From Bryobacterales bacterium (GTDB taxonomy: Bacteria; Acidobacteriota; Terriglobia; Bryobacterales; UBA6623): a stretch of 64,000 nucleotides of DNA. The stretch covers positions 2,720,001 to 2,784,000 of the forward strand of contig OY729428.2 of the NCBI GenBank assembly GCA_963422375.2, in the 5' to 3' direction. This document shows, piece by piece, positions 9,111 to 19,164 of the stretch (position 1 is its first letter; each line of letters begins with the position of its first letter). The position numbers were made by a program, and so were the translations under genes. Under the pieces are notes generated by a model that saw only the letters and a program-made list of their open reading frames with translations, was not told the DNA's origin and searched no databases.

Positions 9111-10550
9111 GCAGGACCGGGCGCCGTAGTCTGTGATAGTAGCACGCTGCGAGAACTGTCCCTACCGCTGCCGCACGCACGGCAGGCCGTGCCGACGAGC
9201 GGGAAGAGTGTTCGGGGCGTCGTCGGGTCGCCGCCACCGTCCAAGCCAGCACCCGAAATGGACCAGCCCGGCCGCCGCCCGGGGCGATCAAGCGTCGCGC
9301 GAAACCGACGCTGCGAGCATCTACGTACTAGACTCCGACTCTTGATCAGCCGGGAATCGGATTCGATTTCTCCAAGCTACCGTGGAGCCATTCTCATCAG
9401 AAATGAACAAGGACATCCTCGAATTATCTGGATAGAATACCTTGTAGACAACGGATTTAATTATCCGACATAAGAAAACAGAATATTGGCCCGATAGAGC
9501 GGTATAATCGACTCTACATTGGCAGCCGAGTTCAGTAAAATCAATCAGTCAGTCTTGCCTTCGTCTCCGGGTCATATCCAGCTGAACTCCTGTGACCTAT
9601 CAGTCGTTACGGGTTCGGTCCATCTCGGTTTGTGCTGCGCAACTTGCTACGAATTTCGGGTCGGAGAAATCGCTCTAAGGCGCAACCGACACGTGCCCTT
9701 CGGCTCGCGCGGATTGTCTCGCTCGCGCTTCAAGCGGCGATGCGTCCGGGAATTCGTCCAACGAACCGAGCGGCATCGACACGGATCTCAGCACACGGTC
9801 GGTTCGAGTGTTGTGACGATCGTCGACTTCGCCTCGAATCTCGTGCGACGTTCAGGTCCCTCGGGATCGTCGTCATCCAGCTCGGTGTAGCCGCCGCTGT
9901 GGCCAGGAGCGTGCCTGTCGCCCGATGCCGCCAATGTGTCGGGCACCACCGTCTCCCAGCAGGCCACTTGGATTCGCCGCCCGACTGACGCTGGCACTTG
10001 GAGATACGGCGAAGCGGCGACTCGACGAATCCCGGCCCGGACGGCAGGCGAACTGCGGGACGCTTCTTCCCATGAGCGTGCGCCGCTCGCCTCAAGCGCT
10101 CGCGCCCCCATATCCGATCGCGATCATGGTGCTCCGCGAAGTGCCAGAGAAAGCATCCCGATCCCGCCGACCAAGCGCAAGACCGGTGCTCTCGCCGCCG
10201 AAGTCCGCGGCAGTCACGCCCGATTCCTCAAGGACGGGCCAGCGCAGGTTGGTAGCGAACGGCCGGCGGTCACTGCCCGAATCGACGGCCGGACGTCAGG
10301 CGACCGGATCCGTGCGGGGCACCCGCGCCTGCCGAATGGGCACTTCGGGCATCCGGGACCTACGGCCCCATGCTCTGGTGCTGCTTCGCGCCGAGAGCGA
10401 GGTAGTTGCGCCAGAACTGGCCCGCCCAGCGCATTGGCGCCACGGCCACCGTGCCGCGCGCCGGCCGGGCAACCGCGAGCGAGGCTCAGTCTCCGAGGTT
10501 TGCTAGACTTCAGTCTCGCCCGCACCGTCTCAAGGACGAGCGTTGAGCAA

Positions 10551-11543
10551 ATGGCAAGACCCGTCACCCTATTCACCGGCCAGTGGGCCGACCTGCCGCT
10601 CACGGTCCTCGCCAAGAAAGCGAAGTCGTGGGGTTACGACGGACTGGAGCTCGCCTGCTGGGGCGATCACATGGACGTGTTCCGCGGCGCCGAGGACTTG
10701 GCCTACTGTGAGGGGCAGAAGCAGATCCTCGCCGACAACGGGCTGCAGCTGTTCGCGATCTCGAACCACCTCGCAGGTCAGCTGGTCTGCGACCCGAACG
10801 ACGACTCCCGCTCGGATCTGTTCGCACCGCCGGAAGCGGCGGGCGATCCCGACAAGAAGCGCGCCTGGGCGGTCGAGGCGATGAAGAACTCGGCTCGCAC
10901 GGCGAGCAACCTAGGCCTGAAGGTAGTGAACGGGTTCACTGGGTCGCCGATCTGGCACATGCTCTACAGCTTCCCGCCGGTCTCCGACAAGATGCTCGAC
11001 GACGGCTACGCATATTTCGCGGAGATGTTCCACCCCATCCTCGACGCGTTTGACGAAGTGGGAGTTCGCTTCGGCCTCGAGGTGCATCCGACCGAGATCG
11101 CCTTCGACATCTACACGGCGCATCGTACGCTGGAGGCCGTAGGCCACCGCGAGGCATTCGGCTTCAACTTCGACCCGAGCCACCTCCACTGGCAGCAGGT
11201 CGACCCGGTCATGTTCATCCGCGAGTTCAAGGACCGCATCTACCACGTCCACATGAAGGACGCCGCCCTGCAGCTCGACGGCAAGTCCGGCATCCTCGCC
11301 TCCCACCTCAACTTCGGCCACCAAGCTCGCGGGTGGGACTTCCGCTCGCTCGGGCGGGGAGGCGTCGACTTCGAGGAGATCATCCGGGCGCTGAACCACG
11401 TCGGGTACCGAGGTCCGCTCTCGATCGAGTGGGAGGACAGCGGCATGGAGCGCGAAGCCGGAGCTGCGGAAGCGTGCGAGTTCACCAAGCAGGTTGACTT
11501 CGAGCCTTCGTCCGTAGCATTCGACGCCGCGTTCGAGGAGTAG
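10551..11543 (+). CDS. Sugar phosphate isomerase/epimerase (IolE/xylose-isomerase-like TIM barrel)
   Basis: MARPVTLFTGQWADLP, GYDGLELACWGDH, LEVHPTEIAFD, FDPSH, HVHMKD, SIEWED metal ligands. Confidence 0.9.
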   Translation: MARPVTLFTGQWADLPLTVLAKKAKSWGYDGLELACWGDHMDVFRGAEDLAYCEGQKQILADNGLQLFAISNHLAGQLVCDPNDDSRSDLFAPPEAAGDPDKKRAWAVEAMKNSARTASNLGLKVVNGFTGSPIWHMLYSFPPVSDKMLDDGYAYFAEMFHPILDAFDEVGVRFGLEVHPTEIAFDIYTAHRTLEAVGHREAFGFNFDPSHLHWQQVDPVMFIREFKDRIYHVHMKDAALQLDGKSGILASHLNFGHQARGWDFRSLGRGGVDFEEIIRALNHVGYRGPLSIEWEDSGMEREAGAAEACEFTKQVDFEPSSVAFDAAFEE

Positions 11544-11555
11544 CGCGAGGGCGCG

Positions 11556-13055
11556 ATGACCGCCCTGCTGGCCTGCGCACTCGCCCTGCTGGCAGTTGCC
11601 CTGTACGACATCGTTCAGAAGAAGCACGCAGTCGTACGAAACTTTCCGATCATCGGGCACTTTCGGTACCTGCTCGAGGCCGTAGGACCCGAGCTGCGGC
11701 AGTACATCGTCACCAACAATGACGAGGAGCGTCCGTTCAGCCGGGACGAGCGCCGCTGGGTGTACAGCACCTCCAAGCGACAGAACTCCTACTTCGGGTT
11801 CGGCACGGACAACGACCTCGACCAAGCGACCAACTACGTCCTCATCAAGCACGCCAGTTTCCCGGCCAACACCCCGCCCGGCGGGGACGCGCCTGACTTC
11901 CCGCTGCCATGCTCGAAGACTCTGGGCGGGTTTCGCAGCCGCGCCAAGCGATTCGTCGCAGCGTCGATCGTCAATATCAGCGGCATGAGCTTCGGCTCGC
12001 TGAGTCGGAACGCCGTCGAGGCGATGAACCGCGGCGCTAGGCTGGCGAACTGCCTGCACAACACCGGCGAGGGCGGGATCGCCGACTGCCACCTCCACGG
12101 CGGGGATCTGGTCTGGCAGATCGGCACGGGCTATTTCGGCTGCCGCGACGAGAGCGGCCGATTCGACCTGCGGCGATTCAAGGACAAGGTTGCCGAATGC
12201 CCGGTTCGCGCCGTGGAGATCAAGCTCAGCCAAGGCGCGAAGCCGGGGCTCGGCGGAGTGCTTCCGGCGGCCAAGATCACGCCGGAGATCGCCAGATTCC
12301 GCGGCATCCCCTTGGGGCGCGACTGCGTGAGTCCTAACCGGCATTCGGCGTTCAGCGACGTCGACAGCCTGCTCGACTTCGTCGAGCTGCTCGCGTCCGA
12401 GACCGGACTACCGATCGGAATCAAGTCCGCCGTGGGCGAGATCGATTTCTGGCGCGACCTAGCACGCCTGACGCGCGAAACGGGGCGCTCGGTGGACTTC
12501 GTCACGATCGACGGTGGCGAGGGCGGAACAGGGGCCGCCCCGCTCACCTTCTCGGATCACGTCGCACTCCCGTTCCGCATCGGCTTCCCGCGCGTCTACA
12601 GGGAGTTCGCTCTCCAAGAGTTGCACCACTGCGTCGTCTTTGTCGGCTCGGGCAGGCTGGGGCTGCCGGCCAACGCGCTGCTCGCGATCGGGATGGGTTG
12701 CGACATGATCAATGTCGGGAGGGAGGCGATGATGGCGGTGGGCTGCATCCAGGCCCAGCGCTGCCACACCGGCCATTGCCCGACCGGCGTAGCCACGCAG
12801 AACCCGTGGCTCGTGCGCGGCCTCGACCCGTCCCTCAAGGCGGTCCGGACGGCCAACTACATCGTCGCCATGCGCCAAGAACTGACACTGCTGAGCCGGG
12901 CCTGCGGCGTCGCGGGCCCGAACATGGTCTCCCCGGAGCACATCGAACTGGTCTCGAACGGCTCCGTCTCGAGGCCCATGCGCGAGTCTCTCGGCTACAT
13001 CGGCGACTGGGGGACTCATCCCGAGAGAGCGGACAGCGGTGGATCCCGTGGATGA
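11556..13055 (+). CDS. Stand-alone FMN-binding glutamate synthase family protein
   Basis: NISGMSFGSLS, NTGEGG, QIGTGYFGCRD, EIKLSQGAKPGLGG, IDGGEGGTGAAP, and the Fe-S Cys motif GCIQAQRCHTGHCPTG. Short N-terminal hydrophobic anchor. Confidence 0.9.
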   Translation: MTALLACALALLAVALYDIVQKKHAVVRNFPIIGHFRYLLEAVGPELRQYIVTNNDEERPFSRDERRWVYSTSKRQNSYFGFGTDNDLDQATNYVLIKHASFPANTPPGGDAPDFPLPCSKTLGGFRSRAKRFVAASIVNISGMSFGSLSRNAVEAMNRGARLANCLHNTGEGGIADCHLHGGDLVWQIGTGYFGCRDESGRFDLRRFKDKVAECPVRAVEIKLSQGAKPGLGGVLPAAKITPEIARFRGIPLGRDCVSPNRHSAFSDVDSLLDFVELLASETGLPIGIKSAVGEIDFWRDLARLTRETGRSVDFVTIDGGEGGTGAAPLTFSDHVALPFRIGFPRVYREFALQELHHCVVFVGSGRLGLPANALLAIGMGCDMINVGREAMMAVGCIQAQRCHTGHCPTGVATQNPWLVRGLDPSLKAVRTANYIVAMRQELTLLSRACGVAGPNMVSPEHIELVSNGSVSRPMRESLGYIGDWGTHPERADSGGSRG

Positions 13056-13299
13056 CGGCAAGGCCGGCGGACCGGATTCGCGGCCGGCCAGACGCGAGGC
13101 GGTCAGCGCGGCGGTGCTGTGGGGCCTGGCCCTCATCGCCACAGTGGGACTCTCGACATGGCTGGGCGCGGCCAGCGCCGAGTCCTTCTTCGGCGTGCCG
13201 CGATGGGCGGCAGTCGGCGTGTTCGGGCCTTGGATCGTGTTCTTCCTGCTGCACCTGCGACTTTTCCGACCGCGCAAGGCGGACGGGACCAGCGGCTGA
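13048..13299 (+). CDS. Small two-TM membrane protein, DUF997/YhdT-like
   Basis: ARREA...W followed by a TM helix, then FGVPRWA and a second TM helix. Lies immediately upstream of an SSS symporter, as yhdT does for panF. Confidence 0.7.
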   Translation: MDDGKAGGPDSRPARREAVSAAVLWGLALIATVGLSTWLGAASAESFFGVPRWAAVGVFGPWIVFFLLHLRLFRPRKADGTSG

Positions 13300-13304
13300 G
13301 GCGC

Positions 13305-14780
13305 ATGTACGAGACAGCCTCTTCCGTACGCGTCGCGTTCGCGACCTACATCGCCCTCACGTTCGTGCTGGCGTACCTCGCCAGGCGGCAGGCAGTGCGA
13401 GGCGGCTTCCTGCGGGAGTTCTTCGTCGGGGGACGCACCATCGGCCCGTGGGTGCTGGGCCTCACTTGGATCGCTACTTCCGCGAGCGGTGGGACGTTCA
13501 TTGGGACGCCGGCCCTAGCACACGCGAACGGGTGGTCGGTCATGCTCTGGATTTCCGGCTACATCGTCGTGGCGACGACCGGATTCGGGCTCCTCGGCCG
13601 ACGCATCACGGAACTGGGGGACAGAACCGGGGCGCTGACGTTCCCCGACCTGCTGCGCGACCGATTCGAGAGCAGGACGATCGGCGCAATCTCCGGTGTC
13701 GCGATGCTCGTGCTCCACACGAGCTTCATCGTGGCGCAGTACATAGCGGGCGCGCGCGTGCTGGAAGCGGTGATGGGAGTTCCTTACGCATGGGGAGTGT
13801 GGTCCTTCGCCTTGGTGGTGGGCCTGTACACGGCTTACGGTGGCTTCCGGGCCGTCGCTTGGACGGACAGCTTCCAAGCGGTGGTGATGCTGGTCGGCGT
13901 GCTGCTAACCGCGGGATTCGGACTGTACAAGTTAGGCGGGCTGCAGGCCGTCTACGACGGCCTCGCCGCGCAATCGTCCGACCTGCTGACGCCCGTCGGC
14001 CCGGATGGGTTCCTGCCTCTGCCTGCCGCCATCTCCTTCTTCTTCGTCTGGCCGCTGGCCACGGCGGGCGGCCCCTCGCTGATCACGCGATTCCTCGCGT
14101 GCCGGGACGCCGGGTCCCTGCGCCGGGCCGCGGTCCTGATCGGCTTCTACATCCTGCTGCTATACCCGGCCGTGATTCTCGTGGGAATGCTCGGACGCGT
14201 GCTCGTCCCCGACCTTGCCGCGGGTGACCACGCGATGCCGGCAACGATCTTGGCGGCCGTGCCTGACGCGCTGGCGGGGCTCGTGCTTGCCGCGCCGATG
14301 GCAGCGATCATGTCTACTATCAGCTCGTTCCTACTGGTCGCCTCCGGCGCGATCGCGCGCGACCTCTACCAGCGCAACGCCCGCAGGCCGGTTGGGGAGA
14401 GCCGGGCCCGCGCGGCCACGCACCTCTCGATCCTTGCAGTCGGCATCGTGGCGGGAGTCTTCGCGATGCGACCTCCGGACTACCTGCAGTACATCGTGAT
14501 CTTCTCCGGAACCGGCCTAGCGGCAACGTTTCTCTTCCCTACCCTGCTGGCGGTTTACTGGACAGGCATGAACAAGGCGGGCTGCATCGCTGGCATCATC
14601 GCGGGCTTCGCATCCTTTCTCGCGCAGTACGCCTCGTCGGGGACGCGGAGCTTCCTCGATCTCGATCCGTTCGTGTGGTCGCTGGCCCTGAGCGCATTCT
14701 GCTGCATGCTCGGGTCGAAAGCAGGAACCCCCGAGCCGCGGCGGGTCTTGACACGCTACTTCGCCGACGAAGAACTGTAG
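13305..14780 (+). CDS. Sodium:solute symporter, PanF-like
   Basis: EFFVGGRTIGPW, SGGTFIGTP, DLLRDRFES, YTAYGGFRAVAWTD, AAIMSTISS; many TM helices. Confidence 0.88.
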   Translation: MYETASSVRVAFATYIALTFVLAYLARRQAVRGGFLREFFVGGRTIGPWVLGLTWIATSASGGTFIGTPALAHANGWSVMLWISGYIVVATTGFGLLGRRITELGDRTGALTFPDLLRDRFESRTIGAISGVAMLVLHTSFIVAQYIAGARVLEAVMGVPYAWGVWSFALVVGLYTAYGGFRAVAWTDSFQAVVMLVGVLLTAGFGLYKLGGLQAVYDGLAAQSSDLLTPVGPDGFLPLPAAISFFFVWPLATAGGPSLITRFLACRDAGSLRRAAVLIGFYILLLYPAVILVGMLGRVLVPDLAAGDHAMPATILAAVPDALAGLVLAAPMAAIMSTISSFLLVASGAIARDLYQRNARRPVGESRARAATHLSILAVGIVAGVFAMRPPDYLQYIVIFSGTGLAATFLFPTLLAVYWTGMNKAGCIAGIIAGFASFLAQYASSGTRSFLDLDPFVWSLALSAFCCMLGSKAGTPEPRRVLTRYFADEEL

Positions 14781-15328
14781 TAGCACCCGGGCCAACGATG
14801 CCGCCATCGTGCTGATTGACAAGCCGCGGGACCGAGCACCGAGCGTCACGGCGTCCGGAACCTACTGGCACACCTTCCGGGCGATGCAAGGCAGCCTAGA
14901 GCGGTCTGCAAATCCTCGCCGTCAATGCCGAACGGCGGTCGCGGAGCTTGGTCGACCAGGATCATCCGTCAGTTCCCGTAGCACCGTTCCTTCACCCAGC
15001 GGGCCAGCCCACAGCACGGCGCAACGGTCAACCAGAACACTGCTACGAAAACCTGCTCCAGCCTTCCCCTGGCAGTCGAAGCCCAGGGCGCGGACAACAG
15101 TGCGGTTGGCCGCCGGCTAGAATTAGTCCGGCGCATGACGATCAAGCGTGCGCGAGCTCTCCAGCCGCTAGGTCAGATCAACTCTGCGAGCAGATGCGTC
15201 CGCCGGGCACGAGCCTGCCGGACACCCGAGAGTCACGGTCTTGGTTGCGTAGCGGCCATCCTCGAACTGGCACTTCGGGGCGCGCGACCGAGACAACGAG
15301 GACCAGCGCTAACAGCGATATACCTCAG

Positions 15329-15595
15329 GACACGCTAAGCCCCGGCACATCCCTGCACGGGTACACCTTGCTCCGACTGATCGGGCAGGGCGGTTTCGGG
15401 ATCGTGCGCGTCACGACAGGCTGGGAGATACCGTGGAGATCAAGGAGTATATGCCAACGGAGCCGGCGCTGGGAGACCATTCTGCAATGTGCCCGCGAGG
15501 CCTGGCTTGGACGGAGTCATACGAGGATGGAGTGCGCCGCTTCCATGACGAGGTCCGTGTCCTGGTCAAGCTCCGGAACCTGGCGAGCGTTGTGG
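15329..15595 (+). pseudogene. Ser/Thr protein kinase N-lobe relic
   Basis: One frame gives LSPGTSLHGYTLLRLIGQGGFGIV (Gly-rich loop). After a frameshift near 15405: ARHDRLGDTVEIKEYMP...YEDGVRRFHDEVRVLVKL (VAIK lysine and alphaC). No HRD/DFG follows. Confidence 0.7.
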
Positions 15596-15705
15596 AGCCG
15601 CCCAATGCACAAGTCGAATTCTTAGGAAGGAGCGAACGATTCATTCAGAATATGAATTGGGAAGTCGGAATCTACAACCTAGATGTCCTTGCTTCAGGAC
15701 TTGAC

Positions 15706-17279
15706 GAGCGATTCCAAATAGGGGCATTCCGGGATTTCCAGAGTGTCTGAGGAGGGTGTCGAAGGCGGTCTGGCGCAGGCAGGCACCTGACTTTTCCTCG
15801 CGGATATTGTGAGTTGGGATGTATGCCCCATGTCTTGGACTCTCTCCTGGGCGCCTACCGCTAGACGGCCGCCGGCCTGCCTGACCGTCGCACCGGTCGC
15901 AACACGCGCTACGGGGTCAGCGCCGCCGCCGGTTGCGCCCTGGTGCGCCCCGGCCTGCTTCTGCACCCGATGCGAGTCATTCCTCAAGTTCCAGCGGAGC
16001 ATGGAGCGGGACGGCGCCCGCTCCGAGTGCCGAACCCTGTTCGTCGTGGGCCGCATCCCCTGCGACAGCCCGATCCGCAACTTGCTCGACGGCCTCGACC
16101 CGGCCGCGTTCGACCCGCTGTTCCGGCTGCGCCTGCAAACCGCGGCCGCGCAGGGCGCGCTCGAGCCCTTCCAGCGCCTCGACGAGCGCCTGCCGGTGGC
16201 TTTGGACGGCGTCCGGTTCCACCGCTCCGACACGGTGCATTGCCCGCAGGGCTCGGTGCGGCGCGTCGGCAGCGAGCGCCGTCCGCAGTGCTTCCACGCC
16301 CTGGTCACGGCCATCGCGGTCGCCGACGGCCATGGCACCGTCCCGCCGCTGATGCCCGAGTTCGCGTGCCCGCGGCAGGACGCGGCCGCGACCCGCGCCG
16401 ACATGAGCGAGGACGAGCGCAAGCGGGACTGCGAGCGCAACGCCGCCAAGCGCTGGATCGCCGCGCACGGCGCCCGGCTGCAGGCCCGCCGTCCCGTCCT
16501 GCCGGGCGAGGACCTGTACTGCTGCCAGCCAGTCTGCGAGGCCTCCGGCATGGACTGCATCCCGCTAAGCAAGCCCGGATCCCGCAAGCGCTTGTACGAG
16601 GTGCCGGAGAGCCGGCGGGCGAGCGGCGCTGTGCGATCAACCGGCTGACTGCCGCGGCCCCGGGCAGGGCAAGCGGTCCGAGCGGCACCGCTTCCGCCGG
16701 TAAGGCGCGGTGCTCCTGCGCCGTGGCCGCGACCGCATGCAGGGCACCTGGATCGAGTACGCCGTGAAGCGCGGCGGCATCCGCACCTGCGCCAACTGCT
16801 TCTTCACCTGTCTCGCGGTCACCGCGGACAACGCGGAGCGGATCGCGCGAGCCGGCCGGGCCCGCCGGAAGATCGAGAACGAGGGGCTCAGCTGCCTGGC
16901 GCGAAACGGCCGCAACTTCAAGCGCAACTTCGGGCACGGCAAGGCCGTGCCGGCCGAAGTGCCGGCCGTGCCGAATCTGTTCGCCTTCGCGCTCCATGCC
17001 GTGCTGCGGTGCGCCTGCGCGCTGTGGCAGCAGTGCCGGCGCCAGCTGGTCACGCGCCGCGGCTGGTTCCGGGAGCTGCAGGCCGCGCTGCGCTGGTGCC
17101 CCTTCCCGGACCGGCCGACTCTGCTGGCGGCGGTGCGAGACGGACGCGCCGCCGGGCTGCCAGCCATCCGACGCTCCCGCGGGGCGGCCTCGCTAGCGCG
17201 ACCTCCCGGTCAAGTGGTTCGCCTAGTCCGCCTATGCAACGTTCCCGCACCACCTTGACGGCCAGATTTGGAACCGCTG
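15706..17279 (+). mobile_element. Degenerate ISNCY-type insertion sequence (~1.57 kb) with imperfect terminal inverted repeats
   Basis: Left end GAGCGATTCCAAAT (15706-15719) versus the reverse complement of the right end, CAGCGGTTCCAAAT (17266-17279): 12/14 identical. Encloses a DDE transposase pseudogene. Confidence 0.75.
15823..17160 (+). pseudogene. ISNCY-family DDE transposase pseudogene
   Basis: MPHVLDSLLGAYR*TAAGLPDRRTGRNTRY (in-frame TAG at 15862). After frameshifts: IPCDSPIRNLLD, VALDGV, KRDCERNAAKRW, GEDLY, GRARRKIENE, NFGHGK. The 3' end coordinate is approximate. Confidence 0.85.
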
Positions 17280-17489
17280 CGGCGCAACACGGGCGCGTCC
17301 CTACCGAACCGACCGCCCGCGCCCGGCTGAGCCTGCCGACCAGCGTCTCGCTCGCCGCCCGGAGCACCCGCGTCAGCCGAGCCGTGCCGCCTCGCGGCCC
17401 GTCATGCTCCGGCCCGCCGCTCCGGGGGAGCCTCCCCGCACTAATCCGCTATACTGTGTCGGCACCGAAGCGACCGGTCGCCAGGCCGC

Positions 17490-18374
17490 ATGCCGGGCAA
17501 GCAGATCGACCAATTCCCGCCGCTCGCCCCGGCCCGCGACCGCCGCGCGCCGACGGACCCGCCCCCTCCGCGGTGGCGCGCCCCGCAGCCTGCGGCAGCC
17601 GAGGCGCAGTACCCTAGCTCGGACGGTCGGCCGATGGCGGACAACACCTTCCAGGAAAGGGCGATCCGCGATGCAGCGGCCATGCTGGCCCATTACTTCG
17701 AGCGGCGCGAGGACGTGCTGGTGGCCAACAACCTGCTGGTGTACTACGTCGAGAATCGTCCCAAGCGCAGGGTCGTCCCGGACGTGATGGTGTCGCTGGG
17801 CGTTCCGGGAGACAATCGCATGTCCTATTTCGTGTGGGAGGAGGGCAAGCCCCCGGACTTCGTGCTGGAAGTCGCCTCTCCCGGCACCGTCGACGCGGAC
17901 CTGCACGAGAAGCCGCCGCTGTACGCGCGGCTGGGGGTGCGCGAATACTTCCGGTACGACCCGATGGGCGGCCTGCTGCCGGCGCGCCTGGCGGGCGACC
18001 GCCTGAAGGGCGGCCGCTACGAGCCGCTGCCGGCCGAACGCCTGCCCGGCGCGGAACTGTCCGTCCGCAGCGCCGTGCTGGGCTTGGACCTGCGCTACGA
18101 CGGCATCGCGCAGCGCCTGCGCATCTGGGATCCGGTCAGGGGGGAATACCTGCGGACGCTGAGCGAGGAGGCGCGGGCGCGGGTCGAGGAGACGCGGCAG
18201 CGCCAGAAGGCCGAGCGCCGGGTGGACCAGGAGGCGCGCGCGCGCCAAGAAGCCGAGCGCCAGCGGGACCAAGAGGCGCGGCAGAGGGTCGAGGAGGCGC
18301 GGGCGCGGCAAGAGGCCGAGCGCCGGTGGAGGGAGGCGGAGCGGCAGCTAGAGGCGCTGCGACGCTCTAATTAG
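17490..18374 (+). CDS. Uma2/DUF820-family (PD-(D/E)xK-like) endonuclease with C-terminal Glu/Arg/Ala coiled-coil repeats
   Basis: YPSSDGRPMADNT, LLVYY, VVPDVMV, SYFVWEEGKPPDFVLEVASPGT, YARLGVREYFRYDP; tail with repeated EEARAR/QEAERR. Confidence 0.88.
   Translation: MPGKQIDQFPPLAPARDRRAPTDPPPPRWRAPQPAAAEAQYPSSDGRPMADNTFQERAIRDAAAMLAHYFERREDVLVANNLLVYYVENRPKRRVVPDVMVSLGVPGDNRMSYFVWEEGKPPDFVLEVASPGTVDADLHEKPPLYARLGVREYFRYDPMGGLLPARLAGDRLKGGRYEPLPAERLPGAELSVRSAVLGLDLRYDGIAQRLRIWDPVRGEYLRTLSEEARARVEETRQRQKAERRVDQEARARQEAERQRDQEARQRVEEARARQEAERRWREAERQLEALRRSN
18165..18345 (+). repeat. Intragenic imperfect tandem repeats encoding the Uma2 coiled-coil tail
   Basis: gaggaggcgcgggcgcgg occurs twice, gccgagcgcc three times, and accaRgaggcgcg twice. 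Confidence 0.7.
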
Positions 18375-19114
18375 TGCCCGTGAAAAACTCGTATCCCCTT
18401 GACAAAAAAGGCATTAGGTCCAATCTCTCAAGGCGAAGATTTCGCTGGAATGCTACGATTAATCCGAAATCCTGGCGATTCTGGGTAGAGCGCGGAAATC
18501 TTCGCGATTGGCGTCTGAGCAACTTCCGACCTTGGACACTATATGTTGTGTTTGGAGATCCATCCGACCTTAGGATGTAGTATGAAATGCTGATCGGGCC
18601 AGGATTCAGGGGTTTTGTCACAAGCACTAGCTACGGATATGGCAGCGTGGACATCGACAGCCGTTCCATCCGGATTCGGCAATGGAGCAACCTTGGCGGA
18701 AATCTAACGGACGATATTGTAGTGATATCTCGGAGTCTCTCATAGCTATGACGGTGTCCAATCAACCAGACTGGCTTCGCAGATTTAGTTAATCATTCTC
18801 TTTCGAGAGAAGACCATTGGGCAATGCAAATTATGCTGGATCAATTCGATCTCTTGGAGTTCCTTACCAAGATAGAACTCGATACTGGCTAGTCTCGGCA
18901 AGAGAGGCCTTGGTTTCTGCCTGATATGTCGCGAGGCTTCGGGCGCTCCGAAACCTGTCAGACTGATCTGGATTGCTAGAAAGGAGCTCCATTCTCGATC
19001 AGAATCAGGCGAAAACAGTAATTGGATGGCTGGCGCAATAGCCCGCAGAACGGCAACCTCTTGCCACTCCGGTCTGGGCAGAGACGCGAGCCATTATAGC
19101 TTGATCTAGCGGGC

Positions 19115-19139
19115 GGCAAGCGTGGAATCCACGCTTGCC
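19115..19139. terminator. Perfect GC-rich hairpin downstream of the 19165 oxidoreductase
   Basis: GGCAAGCGTGG-AAT-CCACGCTTGCC, an 11 bp stem. There is no U-tract, so the terminator role is inferred only. Confidence 0.5.
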
Positions 19140-19164
19140 TCTGAGTCGCGCACTAGGCAGGGCG

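Noticed and set aside
9463..9490. Possible dif/Xer site (ATCCGACATAA-GAAAAC-AGAATATTGGC)
   Set aside because: Only one arm resembles a Xer box; the other lacks the TTATG core.
9936..10550. Long N-terminal extensions in the ORF track (also from 13119, 26392, 28566, 45105, 8161, 22111, 35481, 37126)
   Set aside because: Arg/Pro/Ala-rich, motif-free and often overlapping neighbours. Family N-termini or signal peptides begin at the downstream starts used.
14896..14915. CTAGAGCGGTCTGCAAATCC as an IS or MITE end
   Set aside because: I found no matching inverted partner or linked transposase.
18165..18345. Short repeats as a possible CRISPR array
   Set aside because: In-frame coding repeats without unique spacers, and no cas genes. 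I saw no CRISPR array anywhere in the window.
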